Source of the DNA: an uncultured Chloroflexia bacterium
GTDB lineage: Bacteria > Chloroflexota > Dehalococcoidia > DSTF01 > JALHUB01
Reading direction: 5' to 3'
Length of the DNA: 64,000 bases
NCBI GenBank assembly: GCA_963703345.1
Contig: OY969814.1
Coordinates: forward strand, 512,001 to 576,000
A program made the translations under genes and the position numbers. Positions within the stretch are counted from its first letter, which is position 1, and each line of letters starts with the position of its first letter. Positions 22,782 through 31,824 of the stretch are shown here, one piece after another. The notes under the pieces are model-generated. The model had not been told where the DNA came from and did no database searches. It saw only the letters and a list, made by a program, of their open reading frames with translations.

Positions 22782-23114
22782 TTACTCTTCCTCTTCGCCT
22801 TCTGTCCCGTCCAGGCGGACGGCGTTCTCTATCTCCTCGGGCGTCAGGCCCTCCAGGATCTCGTCGGGCGACTCACCGCGGCGCTGACGGCGCGTGATGG
22901 CGATGCCCGCGAGAAGGACCGCGCCGGTAGAAAGGATCGCTGCCGGCCCGGCGAGGCGACTGTAGCGCTTCCGCAGCTCCGGGAACTTGTCCAGCGCCCT
23001 GTGCGCCAGCCCCAGCGCGTCGTTCGTCAGACCGTCCGGCTGTTCGCCGATGACCGGCTGCTCCCAGATGTCGTCGTCAGGAGTTGGCTCCCTCACTTGT
23101 TCCATGTCGGTCAC
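22782..23114 (-). CDS. Hypothetical single-TM protein
   Basis: Coupled to ribH stop; TM followed by RRQRR. Confidence 0.6.
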   Translation of the reverse strand: MTDMEQVREPTPDDDIWEQPVIGEQPDGLTNDALGLAHRALDKFPELRKRYSRLAGPAAILSTGAVLLAGIAITRRQRRGESPDEILEGLTPEEIENAVRLDGTEGEEEE

Positions 23115-23605
23115 TATCCCTGCTCCTTCTCCCCCACTGCGTCGATCTTCTTCAGCAGGTTCGCCATCCGCACGGCCGTCATCACGGCGTCGTAGCCCTT
23201 GTTGCCGTGCGCGCCGCCGGCCCGCTCGACTGCCTGCTGAAGCGTGTTCGCGGTGACGACGCCAAAGGCCACCGGCACACCCGTCTCGAGCGCCACCCGC
23301 GCGATGCCTTCCGCCGCCGGCCCGGCCACGTAGTCGAAATGAGGCGTCTCGCCGCGCAGAACGCACCCCAGGCAGACGATAGCCTGATAACGTCCTGTTC
23401 CGGCGAAGCGCTTCGCCGCCAGCGCCAACTCGAATGAGCCCGGCACCCAGGCGACGGCGACATCCCCATCATCGAGGCCGCATTTCGTCAGCGCTTCCCT
23501 GGCGCCGGCGAGGAGCTTCTCCGTGAGAGCCTCGTTAAACCGGGAAACGACGATGGCCAGAGACAGACCGTTGCCGTCCGGCTCTCCCTCCAGGACTCGC
23601 GACAA
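23114..23605 (-). CDS. ribH: Lumazine synthase
   Basis: VSRFN, VPGSFE, GETPHFDYV, GNKGYDA. Confidence 0.96.
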   Translation of the reverse strand: MSRVLEGEPDGNGLSLAIVVSRFNEALTEKLLAGAREALTKCGLDDGDVAVAWVPGSFELALAAKRFAGTGRYQAIVCLGCVLRGETPHFDYVAGPAAEGIARVALETGVPVAFGVVTANTLQQAVERAGGAHGNKGYDAVMTAVRMANLLKKIDAVGEKEQG

Positions 23606-23698
23606 TCGTCACCTCGTCGGTGGTGGACTGATCCGGCGCACGCCGTGGTCGCCGGGACCGGCCCACGCCGTCATTCAGCAGGACGGGTAGGCCGCGGC

Positions 23699-24943
23699 CT
23701 AATACTGGCCGTCACTTTCGATTATACCCTCAACGCCGAGGAGATGTCCCAGCTTGGTGCGTTTTGTCTCGAGGTAGCGCATGTTGAAGGCGTTGGGCTC
23801 GACGACGATGGGTATCCGCTCCACGACCTTCAGGCCGTAGCCCTCCAGGCCGGCGCGCTTGGCGGGATTGTTCGTCAGCAGACGCATCTCGCGGATGCCG
23901 AGGTCGGCCAGGATCTGCATGCCTATGCCGTAATCGCGCCTGTCAGCGGGGAAACCGAGGGCGTGATTGGCCTCCACCGTGTCCATCCCTTCGTCCTGCA
24001 GAGCGTAGGCGCGCAGCTTGTTGTGCAGCCCGATGCCGCGACCCTCCTGACGCATGTAGAGCAGCACGCCGCGGCCCTCTTCGCCAATGCGCTTCATCGC
24101 CAGGGCGATCTGCTCGCCGCAGTCGCAGCGCAGGCTGCCGAAGACGTCGCCGGTCACGCACTGGCTGTGGACGCGCACCAGCACCGGCTCCGGCGTCGTG
24201 ATGTCGCCGAGGACCATCGCCAGATGCTCGTCCGGGTCGATCATGCTCTTGAAGGCGATGGCGCGGAAGTGGCCGTAAGGCGTCGGCAGCACGGTTTCGG
24301 TTACCCGCTCGATTAGCCGGTCTTTGCGCAAACGATAGGTAATGAGGTCGTTGACGCTGATTATCTTCAGCCCGTGACGCGACGCGAAGCGTTTGAGGTC
24401 GGGCAGACGCGCCATCGTGCCGTCGGCGCGCATGATCTCGCAGAGGACGGCCGCCGGCGTGAGCCCCGCCAGTCGGCACAGATCGACGGAGGCCTCAGTC
24501 TGGCCGGCGCGCACGAGGACGCCGCCTTCGCGGGCCCGCAGCGGGAACATGTGTCCCGGCATCACGAGGTCCTCCGGCCGCGCGTCTGGGTCCGCCAGCA
24601 CCTGCACGGTGCGCGCCCGGTCCGCCGCCGAGATGCCGGTTGTGACGCCTTTCCGCGCCTCGACCGACACGGTGAAGCCGGTGCCGAAGTGGGAATCGTT
24701 GCGCCCGACCATGAGCGGGATGCGCAGCTCGTCCAGGCGCTCGCCGCTCATCGAAACGCAGATTAGGCCGCGGCCGTAGCGCGCCATAAAGTTGATCGCG
24801 TCAGCGTCGATGAACTGGGCCGGCAGCGTCAGGTCGCCCTCGTTTTCGCGGTCGCGGTCGTCGACGATTATGACGAACCGACCCCGCTGGTAGTCTTGAA
24901 TCGCCTCCTCGATCGAGGAAAGCTCGCTCCGTTTTCGGGCCAC
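23699..24943 (-). CDS. ribBA: DHBP synthase / GTP cyclohydrolase II
   Basis: DRENEGD, RVHSQCVTGDVFGSLRCDCG, QEGRGIGL, LTNNP. Confidence 0.97.
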   Translation of the reverse strand: MARKRSELSSIEEAIQDYQRGRFVIIVDDRDRENEGDLTLPAQFIDADAINFMARYGRGLICVSMSGERLDELRIPLMVGRNDSHFGTGFTVSVEARKGVTTGISAADRARTVQVLADPDARPEDLVMPGHMFPLRAREGGVLVRAGQTEASVDLCRLAGLTPAAVLCEIMRADGTMARLPDLKRFASRHGLKIISVNDLITYRLRKDRLIERVTETVLPTPYGHFRAIAFKSMIDPDEHLAMVLGDITTPEPVLVRVHSQCVTGDVFGSLRCDCGEQIALAMKRIGEEGRGVLLYMRQEGRGIGLHNKLRAYALQDEGMDTVEANHALGFPADRRDYGIGMQILADLGIREMRLLTNNPAKRAGLEGYGLKVVERIPIVVEPNAFNMRYLETKRTKLGHLLGVEGIIESDGQY

Positions 24944-24955
24944 TTATTGCCTCCG

Positions 24956-25543
24956 CTATTGCTGCCCTCGCTCCGTCAGCAGTTGCTCCACGTAACGGGC
25001 GATGATATCCGTCTCCAAGTTTACTGCATCGCCGACTTTTCGGCGAGTGAGGTTCGTGTTCGCCTGCGTGTAGGCGACCAGCGATACGACGAAGGAGGCG
25101 GCGTCGCGCTCCACCACCGTGAGACTGACGCCATCGACCGCGATCGGCCCCTTGACGACGACGTAGCGCATGAGCTCTGGCGGCGCGGCGTATCGGGCCA
25201 GGATCGCGTCTGCCTCGGGCGTCAGCGACAGCAGTTGCCCGGTCCCTTCGACGACGCCGCGCACCAGGTGGCCGCTCAGCCGGCTGGCCAGCGTGAGCGA
25301 GCGCTCCAGGTTCACCGCGTCGCCCTTCGCCAGCGCGCTGAGGTTGCTCCGCCGGTAGGTCTCGGGCATGACGTGGAACGTGAAGCACTCCTCGTCCATG
25401 TGGGCGACGGTCAGGTCGACGCCGTTGATGGCGATGCTGTCGCCCAGGTTCGTGCCCCAGAGCGTACGCCGCGCCTCGATGATCAGCTTGCCGCCGCCGC
25501 TCTCTCTGACGACGCCCACCTCTTCGATGATGCCTGTGAACAT
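24956..25543 (-). CDS. ribE: Riboflavin synthase alpha chain
   Basis: MFTGIIEE, VNLER, VDGVSLTV. Confidence 0.96.
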   Translation of the reverse strand: MFTGIIEEVGVVRESGGGKLIIEARRTLWGTNLGDSIAINGVDLTVAHMDEECFTFHVMPETYRRSNLSALAKGDAVNLERSLTLASRLSGHLVRGVVEGTGQLLSLTPEADAILARYAAPPELMRYVVVKGPIAVDGVSLTVVERDAASFVVSLVAYTQANTNLTRRKVGDAVNLETDIIARYVEQLLTERGQQ

Positions 25544-25610
25544 AGGTGGCCTCTTTCCGCTAGCCCTGCGCTCGCCCCCCGCCTGCTGCCGCTACCTCCA
25601 TGAACCGCAA

Positions 25611-25677
25611 TCTTTCCCACCCGCCCGCCCAGGGAAGGTCCACGCGAACAGAGAGAGATTCCCCTCTCGACTCCCCT
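25611..25677 (-). repeat. Dispersed palindromic repeat, copy 3 (lacks second hairpin)
   Basis: AGGGGAGTCGAGAGGGGAATCTCTCTCTG...CTGGGCGGGCGGGTGGGAAAGA. Confidence 0.65.
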
Positions 25678-26776
25678 ACGTGAGACGATCTTCTCGCGGC
25701 GGGTAGCCTGTAACGAGCACGTCATCGCCGAGCCGCTCAACGCTCACTTCGCGTAGCCTCAGCGCCTCCGCCATCCGCTCGACGCCGCGTCCCGCGACTG
25801 CCGCCGGCGCCTCCCTGCCGCCGATTACCAGCGGCGCGACCACTGCGTGCACTTTGTCGACCAGACCGGCGTCGAAGAAGGAGCCGAGCAGCTCGCCGCC
25901 GCCTTCGACGAGAAGGCTGAGCAGTTGCCGCTCCCCCAGGACGCGCAGCAGCTCCTCCAGGTCGACGCGACCTTCCCGGTCCGGCAGGACCAGCACTTCC
26001 GCTCCGGCCTCCGCCATCTGCCTGCGCCAGACCGCGCTGGAGGCAGACGTCGTCGCCAGCAACGCCCTTCCCGGGCCGTCGAGCACGCGTGCGGTCACCG
26101 GCGTGCGACCGCGACTGTCGGCGACGATCCGCAGCGGCTGCCGCTCGGCGTCGATGCCACCCGGCCGCGCCGTGAGCTGTGGGTCGTCGATGAGCACCGT
26201 CCGGACGCCGACCATGATGGCGTCGATCTTCGTTCGCAGGCGGTGACTCCACTCGCGCGTCTCCGGCCCGCTCACCCAGCGCGAGTCGCCGCTCGTCGCC
26301 GCGATCTTGCCGTCCAGGCTCATCGCCCACTTGGCGACGACGAACGGAAGGCCCGTAAGACGCTGCTTGACGTACGCTTCGTTTATGCGTCGCGCCTCTT
26401 GTTCGCCCTCGCCGGCGTGGACCGTGATGCCCGCCTCTCGCAACTCCTCGGCGCCGCGGCCTCGACCCTGTGCGTCGGGGTCGTCGTGCGCGTAGTGAAC
26501 TTCGCCGATGCCGGCGTCGATGATCGCTTTCGTGCAGGGAGGCGTGCGCCCATAGTGACTGCACGGCTCCAGCGTGACGTACAGAGTAGCGCCGCGCGCA
26601 TCGTCGCCCGCCTGCTCGATGGCGACGATCTCTGCGTGCGGGCCGCCCGGCGGCTGCGTGTGGCCCTCGCCGACAATGCGTCCATCCTTGACCAGCACCG
26701 CGCCGACGGCCGGATTGGGGCTCGTCGTGCCGAGCGCCTCACGGGCAAGCTCCAGGGCGCGCGCCATGTAGTCCAT
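25676..26776 (-). CDS. ribD: Riboflavin deaminase/reductase
   Basis: SPNPAVG, HAE, LEPCSHYGRTPPC, SLDGKIA, VEGGG. Confidence 0.97.
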   Translation of the reverse strand: MDYMARALELAREALGTTSPNPAVGAVLVKDGRIVGEGHTQPPGGPHAEIVAIEQAGDDARGATLYVTLEPCSHYGRTPPCTKAIIDAGIGEVHYAHDDPDAQGRGRGAEELREAGITVHAGEGEQEARRINEAYVKQRLTGLPFVVAKWAMSLDGKIAATSGDSRWVSGPETREWSHRLRTKIDAIMVGVRTVLIDDPQLTARPGGIDAERQPLRIVADSRGRTPVTARVLDGPGRALLATTSASSAVWRRQMAEAGAEVLVLPDREGRVDLEELLRVLGERQLLSLLVEGGGELLGSFFDAGLVDKVHAVVAPLVIGGREAPAAVAGRGVERMAEALRLREVSVERLGDDVLVTGYPPREDRLT

Positions 26777-26799
26777 CGTTCCCGAATTCCTATCTCATG

Positions 26800-26819
26800 C
26801 CGCGGACTTCAGTCCGCGG
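26800..26819. repeat. Perfect 8-bp hairpin with TTCA loop
   Basis: CCGCGGAC-TTCA-GTCCGCGG. Confidence 0.5.
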
Positions 26820-26864
26820 TGGCGTTTCCGCTAACCCGCTGGCCTGCGCGTATTCTACCTAGGA

Positions 26865-27431
26865 TCAGACCTTGAAGTCTTCGTGGATGCGACTCGGCGT
26901 CGGCTCCTGCTGCCCCTGGTACTTGCTGCCGAGCCCGGGCGACCCGTACGGGCGCTCCACAGGCGTCGACAGGCGCAGGAAAGATATCTGGCACACCTTC
27001 ATGCCGCCGTAGAGAGCGATGGGCATCGGCGAGGCGTTGGAGAGCTCCAGCGTCAGCTTGCCGCTGAAGCCGGGGTCAACGTAGCCGGCGGTGGCATGGA
27101 CGAGTAGGCCGAGGCGGCCCAGCGAGCTGCGTCCGTCGAGGCGGGCGACGAGGTTGTCCGGCAGCGTAATCGTCTCGAGCGTGTTGGCGAGGACGAGCTG
27201 CCCCGGCGCGATGACGAACGGCTTGCCCTCGTCGACGGAGACAAGCTCCGTGCAATCGTCGCACGGCTCGCGGACGTCGATCTGGGAGCGCGCGCCCATC
27301 TTGAAGACGCGGAAGAGGCGGTCGAGGCGGAGGTCGACGCTGGAGGGCTGGACGGCGTTATCGCCCAGCGGCTCGATGCGCAGCCGGCCGCTCGCCAGCT
27401 CCTCGCGGATAGACTTATCGCTAAGAACCAA
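26865..27431 (-). CDS. dcd: dCTP deaminase
   Basis: VLSD, QPSSVDLRL, GRSSLGRLG, AGYVDPGF, SKYQGQ. Confidence 0.95.
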   Translation of the reverse strand: MVLSDKSIREELASGRLRIEPLGDNAVQPSSVDLRLDRLFRVFKMGARSQIDVREPCDDCTELVSVDEGKPFVIAPGQLVLANTLETITLPDNLVARLDGRSSLGRLGLLVHATAGYVDPGFSGKLTLELSNASPMPIALYGGMKVCQISFLRLSTPVERPYGSPGLGSKYQGQQEPTPSRIHEDFKV

Positions 27432-27993
27432 GGTCTCTTCCGAATCTAGCGGCATAGTCGGGGTGAGCTTTCACCTTCTCAATCTGGTCGGCGTGGTCTC
27501 GGGCGTGCACGTACACGAACGCCGCCCACTCCTTGCACGTCAGGTCGCCGAAGAACGGGTGATAGGCCGTCGCCTGCGACACCGCGCCCTCGGGGATCGC
27601 CGCTACCGCCGCCCGCACCTCATCGAACGACCGCGCGACGCCGCGACGTAGCTCCGCCAGCGTCTGCCCGGCGTCCTCGAGAACCGCCGGCGTCTCTACG
27701 TAAGGGCCGCCGCCCTCTCCCGTAGCCAGCGCGCCGATAATCCGTGCGGTGTCGCGCATCGACGCGTCGACATGCCTCAGCACGTCCGCGATGCACCATT
27801 CGCCGGGCGAGGGACGGAAGCGGGCCTGCGATTCGCTCACGCCCGCCAGCGATTGCTCCAGCCAGCCGGCCGCTCGGTTGACGAGAGCCAGCAGGTCAGA
27901 CGTGGACTTCGACGCCTGGTGCCTCAGGTAGCCGACCACCTGTTGCCTGGCGTCGTCCGCCAGCGGTGCTTGGTTCTCCCGATTCTCTTGCAT
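27421..27993 (-). CDS. DinB-family protein
   Basis: WCIADVLRH, HPFFG, HARDH. Confidence 0.8.
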   Translation of the reverse strand: MQENRENQAPLADDARQQVVGYLRHQASKSTSDLLALVNRAAGWLEQSLAGVSESQARFRPSPGEWCIADVLRHVDASMRDTARIIGALATGEGGGPYVETPAVLEDAGQTLAELRRGVARSFDEVRAAVAAIPEGAVSQATAYHPFFGDLTCKEWAAFVYVHARDHADQIEKVKAHPDYAARFGRDLGS

Positions 27994-28200
27994 CTCGCGC
28001 TCGCTTCCGCTTCGGCCCGTTCCGCGAATCTTGATCATTCTATCACGCGCCGGCCGCGTTAACCTTTGCCCTAATGAAGCGTTACAAATGATACAACTGA
28101 TGTCTGTAGACGCGCTTGCGCTCCTGTCTGCACTTGACAACGGCGGAAGCGGGGGCTAGTCTATAGCTCCGCGCGCTTGAGGGAAAGGGATAGAGGCGGC

Positions 28201-29427
28201 ATGGGAGACTTCGAGCCTTCAGGCAGGACCACAATTCCAGGCTTCTCTTTACTTGAGTACCAGATCACCCGACGCCGGCTGCTCGCCCTCTCAGCGATGG
28301 CCGGCGCGGCGGCGGTAACTGTCAGTTGCCTTCCCCCGGTCGAACCGAAAAAGGTCACTTCGACGACGCACCTGGCCTGGGCCTGGCAGTTCTCTGCCGA
28401 CGGTGCGCCGGAGAAAATAGCCGGCGTCCTCGCGCAAAATAACCTGGGAATCATCCTCAAGACGCACAACGGCACCCGCTGGATGGGCGACTGGGACAAG
28501 TCGTCTCAGGCCGTGACCGGTCCCGCGCAAGTGCAGAACCTGGCCAACTATTTCGAGAAGAACGGCGTTCCGTTCCACACGTATTGCGTGTTGAATGGTC
28601 TCGATCCGATGACTGAGGCGCAGATGTGCGCTCAGGTCATTGGTGCCGGCGCGCGCAGCATCGTAATTGATCTTGAGCCGTGGGCCGGCTACTGGGCAGG
28701 CACCCCGCAGACCGCAGCCGCTTTCGCGCAGGAGTTCCGGCGCCAGCAGCCGAACGGCGTCGTCAGCCTTTGCGTCGAGCCGCGGCCTTGGGTGATGCCG
28801 CGTATCCCGATGGCTGAGTTCGCCTCCATCGCCCAGATCATTGCGCCGATGATCTACTGGGAGACGTTCGCCACCTCAGAGAACGTCTCGTCGTTCAAGG
28901 CCGCCGGCTTCGATCCCGGTCAGCGCGGTATCTGCCCGGAATTCCTTCTCGACGTCTCCAGCAGCATGTTTAGCCGCTACGGCCTTCCTATCCAGCCCGT
29001 CGGCCAGGGCGACTCGACGCTCGACGCCTGGGTCCACTTCCTGACCCGCGCTTACGCCCTGGGAATGGGCTGCGTCTCTGCCTGGCGCTACGGCGTCACC
29101 AACACCGACGTCTGGCCGCTGCTGAAGGCAAATCCACCGGGCTCGCAGATCGTAGCGCCCACGCCAACCGCGGCGCCCACCGTGGCGCCAAAGTTCAAGA
29201 TCGGTGGCCGCGCCAAAGTCGCAAACACCGGCTCCTCCTGCCTCAACGTGAGGGAGGCGCCGTCGGAGTTGGCAAACGTCACCGGCTGCCTGACGGACGG
29301 GACGAGAGTCACAATCAAGGACGGCCCCGTCGATGCCGGCGGCTACCGCTGGTGGCTCGTCCAGACCAGCACCGTCAAAGGCTGGGCCGCCGAAGCGAAC
29401 GCCTGGGGCATCGCCTGGCTCGTGTAG
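28201..29427 (+). CDS. Tat-signal protein, probable glycoside-hydrolase-like barrel plus C-terminal SH3b
   Basis: TRRRLL twin-arginine signal, VIDLE and PMIYW motifs, CLNVREAP...GYRWW; upstream TTGACA-N17-TAGTCT. Confidence 0.65.
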   Translation: MGDFEPSGRTTIPGFSLLEYQITRRRLLALSAMAGAAAVTVSCLPPVEPKKVTSTTHLAWAWQFSADGAPEKIAGVLAQNNLGIILKTHNGTRWMGDWDKSSQAVTGPAQVQNLANYFEKNGVPFHTYCVLNGLDPMTEAQMCAQVIGAGARSIVIDLEPWAGYWAGTPQTAAAFAQEFRRQQPNGVVSLCVEPRPWVMPRIPMAEFASIAQIIAPMIYWETFATSENVSSFKAAGFDPGQRGICPEFLLDVSSSMFSRYGLPIQPVGQGDSTLDAWVHFLTRAYALGMGCVSAWRYGVTNTDVWPLLKANPPGSQIVAPTPTAAPTVAPKFKIGGRAKVANTGSSCLNVREAPSELANVTGCLTDGTRVTIKDGPVDAGGYRWWLVQTSTVKGWAAEANAWGIAWLV

Positions 29428-29487
29428 CCATTCGGTCGATCCCCGCAGCCCCCCAAACGGTGCGGCATCGCCCCGATTCTCCTCGGT

Positions 29488-30108
29488 CTAAAGCCGCGGC
29501 CTCGATACGAACTCGTTGTCCGATAGGTAGAACCGCAGCTTTCGGTCCTTCCACGCCTGCGCGTAAGCCACGCCCACCCTACGCGTTGCGACGATCTGCG
29601 ACGCCTTGACCGTCTCGCCGCGGTCCTCGATCCAGATGAGATCGCCGCACAGGTCCACGCCATTCAGGCCGCCGTCGGCGCCGAGGGCGCAACTGAGCCG
29701 CGCCGGTCCGGAAGCGAGCAGACGCCCGTCTTTGCCACCGCGGTTCGCCACCATCTCTTCGACGCCTTCCACCGGTTCCAGCGCCCTCAGCAGAACGGCG
29801 CCGGCGCTCCCCTCCGTCTCCGTCACGACGTTCATCATCCAGAAGAGGCCGTAGATGAAGTACATATACAAATGCCCACCCTCGCCGAACATCACGTCCG
29901 TGCGCCTCGTCCGTCCGCGAAAGGCGTGGGACGCCATGTCCCGCACGCCCAGGTAAGCCTCGGTCTCGACGATCTTGCCGGCCAGCCGCCGCTTTCCCGG
30001 CGGCGCATACACCAGGTACTTGCCGAGAAGCTGTCTTGCGACCGTGCGAGCATCGCGCTCATAAAAGGAACGTTCAAGCTTATTGTGGAGTTCCCGCCCG
30101 GAGTTCAT
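29488..30108 (-). CDS. DNA-3-methyladenine glycosylase (AAG/Mpg family)
   Basis: GKIVETEAY, YFIYG, AVLLRA, GPARL. Confidence 0.92.
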   Translation of the reverse strand: MNSGRELHNKLERSFYERDARTVARQLLGKYLVYAPPGKRRLAGKIVETEAYLGVRDMASHAFRGRTRRTDVMFGEGGHLYMYFIYGLFWMMNVVTETEGSAGAVLLRALEPVEGVEEMVANRGGKDGRLLASGPARLSCALGADGGLNGVDLCGDLIWIEDRGETVKASQIVATRRVGVAYAQAWKDRKLRFYLSDNEFVSRPRL

Positions 30109-30147
30109 GCTTTTCCTGATGTCGCGCCTGAGGTATAGTCTCTTATC

Positions 30148-30624
30148 ATGGCCATCATCGATCGAGAGCGCAACATGACGGTCAGCAACCTTCCTCCAGA
30201 CCGAGAAGAATGGGCGGGTCTCTACGCCGCCTTCGCGATTCTGCGCAAGGAATCGGAGAGGGCGCTGTCGGCGTGGGATCTGACGGTCCCCCAGGCGGCG
30301 GTGCTGGCGCTCCTCGCCGAAGCCCCCGGTCCGCTGCCGATAACGAAGCTGGCCCGGCTGTTGCTTCAGGAGAGCCCAAGCATCACTAGCCTTGTCGACC
30401 GAATGTGCAACAACGGCCTCGTGAAGCGCGGCAAGGACCCCGACGACCGACGTTTGGTGCTGATTCAGCTAACCGCCAAAGGCCGCCGCGTCCACGACGA
30501 AGTCCGCTCCCACGCCACAGCCTTTAGCGACGAGATGTTCGGCGTGCTGACGGACGAGGAGCGCATCACTCTCCGCCAGCTACTGCACAAATTCGGGCGC
30601 GCTAACGTAAAGCGGCTCCGCTGA
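30148..30624 (+). CDS. MarR-family regulator
   Basis: LTVPQ, DPDDRR, LTAKG. Confidence 0.9.
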   Translation: MAIIDRERNMTVSNLPPDREEWAGLYAAFAILRKESERALSAWDLTVPQAAVLALLAEAPGPLPITKLARLLLQESPSITSLVDRMCNNGLVKRGKDPDDRRLVLIQLTAKGRRVHDEVRSHATAFSDEMFGVLTDEERITLRQLLHKFGRANVKRLR

Positions 30625-30637
30625 TCGCGGTCCTCGC

Positions 30638-31543
30638 TTACGTCAACCATCGCCTCCTTGCGTACCAGCCTGCGGCACCGAGGAGCAGGATTCCTGCGAT
30701 GCCGCCGACGATGGCCGCGTGCATTGGAGTCGACGAGCTCCCTGAGGCGGCGCCAGCAAGCGGTCGCCCGTTCACATCTGGTGCGTCTGCCACACCGCCG
30801 ATGGCCGCGGGCGTTGGCGGTACGATCGTCTTGATCGCAGGCGCGCACACCTCCGCCGGCGAGAGAACCGCTACGTTCTGCTGCGGGCCGAACTGGGAAA
30901 TCACGTTAAGGACGGGGCCCGGCGGAGATCCGGCGATGCCGAAGCACTCAACATGGGGCACGTTCATATCCCCTACGCCGTTCTTGATCGACGGCAGGCA
31001 GAGATGCGTAGGCGGCCCAACTGACACACTTTGCTCCACGCCCAACTGCGTCTCCAGTGTCACCGGCGGAAATGCAGGCGATGTTCCGGTAACGCCATAG
31101 CACTCGTAATGCGGTGCCACCGGCAGTATCGTGGACGGTAGTTCCGGCGCTATCGCTATGTTGGCGGGCACGCACAGCTCGTTGGGAGCGCCAACCGGAA
31201 CGTTTGTCTGAATGCCGAACTGCGTTTGCAGATTTACGACCCGGTCGGGAAGAGGTTCCGCAATAGCAAAACATTCCACGTTCGGCGCGTTCAGGTCTCC
31301 CTCGCCGTTCTTCAGGGCGGCCAGACAAAGGCGCGTTGAAAGACCGACGGCCACTTCCTGCACGACGCCGAACTGATTCTGCAGCCTCACCGAGAAACCT
31401 GGCAGCGGCCGCGCGCCGATATCGTAGCACTTGTAATGGGGCACCGTGGGGAGCGGCGGCTGAGCCGTCGCCGGCCCCGGGACCCCCCAGGCGAGATACG
31501 TCGCCGCGAGAGCCGCCACCAGTGCTGAAGCTATCTTCTCCGT
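30638..31543 (-). CDS. Secreted Cys-repeat protein with C-terminal GG-sorting-like tail (probable ACG start; alternative ATG at 31591/31600)
   Basis: Signal peptide; four repeats like HYKCY...QFG...LC; tail IGGVADAPD-TM-WYARRR. Confidence 0.75.
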   Translation of the reverse strand, partial: TEKIASALVAALAATYLAWGVPGPATAQPPLPTVPHYKCYDIGARPLPGFSVRLQNQFGVVQEVAVGLSTRLCLAALKNGEGDLNAPNVECFAIAEPLPDRVVNLQTQFGIQTNVPVGAPNELCVPANIAIAPELPSTILPVAPHYECYGVTGTSPAFPPVTLETQLGVEQSVSVGPPTHLCLPSIKNGVGDMNVPHVECFGIAGSPPGPVLNVISQFGPQQNVAVLSPAEVCAPAIKTIVPPTPAAIGGVADAPDVNGRPLAGAASGSSSTPMHAAIVGGIAGILLLGAAGWYARRRWLT

Positions 31544-31680
31544 CTCCTTAGCCCCTCGTTTTCCGCTGCCCGACGGGCCTTCCCGGCGCATGCACTTCAC
31601 TGGAGCACGTCCGGCATGGCCCGACGGGCCAATCGCCGCCGTTCGTTCGTTCGTCTTGGGCGCGCGGTCCTCGACGGCGG
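31544..31680 (-). promoter_or_regulatory. Conserved structured 5' leader, copy A
   Basis: Strongly similar to 33169-33312; CCGCCGT/ACGGCGG and GCCCGnCGGGCC/GGCCCGTCGGGC stems. Confidence 0.65.
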
Positions 31681-31824
31681 GAGACGCTCATGGGGAAATA
31701 TCTCGTCAACCGAGAGATTTCGCTCCCGCGGGCACAAACACCCGGATCTCGACGCTTCCGTTGCCTGGTCAAGGCTTACAGGTAGGAGCCCGGCAGCTCT
31801 CTTGGCTGTGGCAACAGCTCCCGT

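Noticed and set aside
26777-26864. FMN riboswitch before ribD
   Set aside because: Interval too short and no RFN motifs
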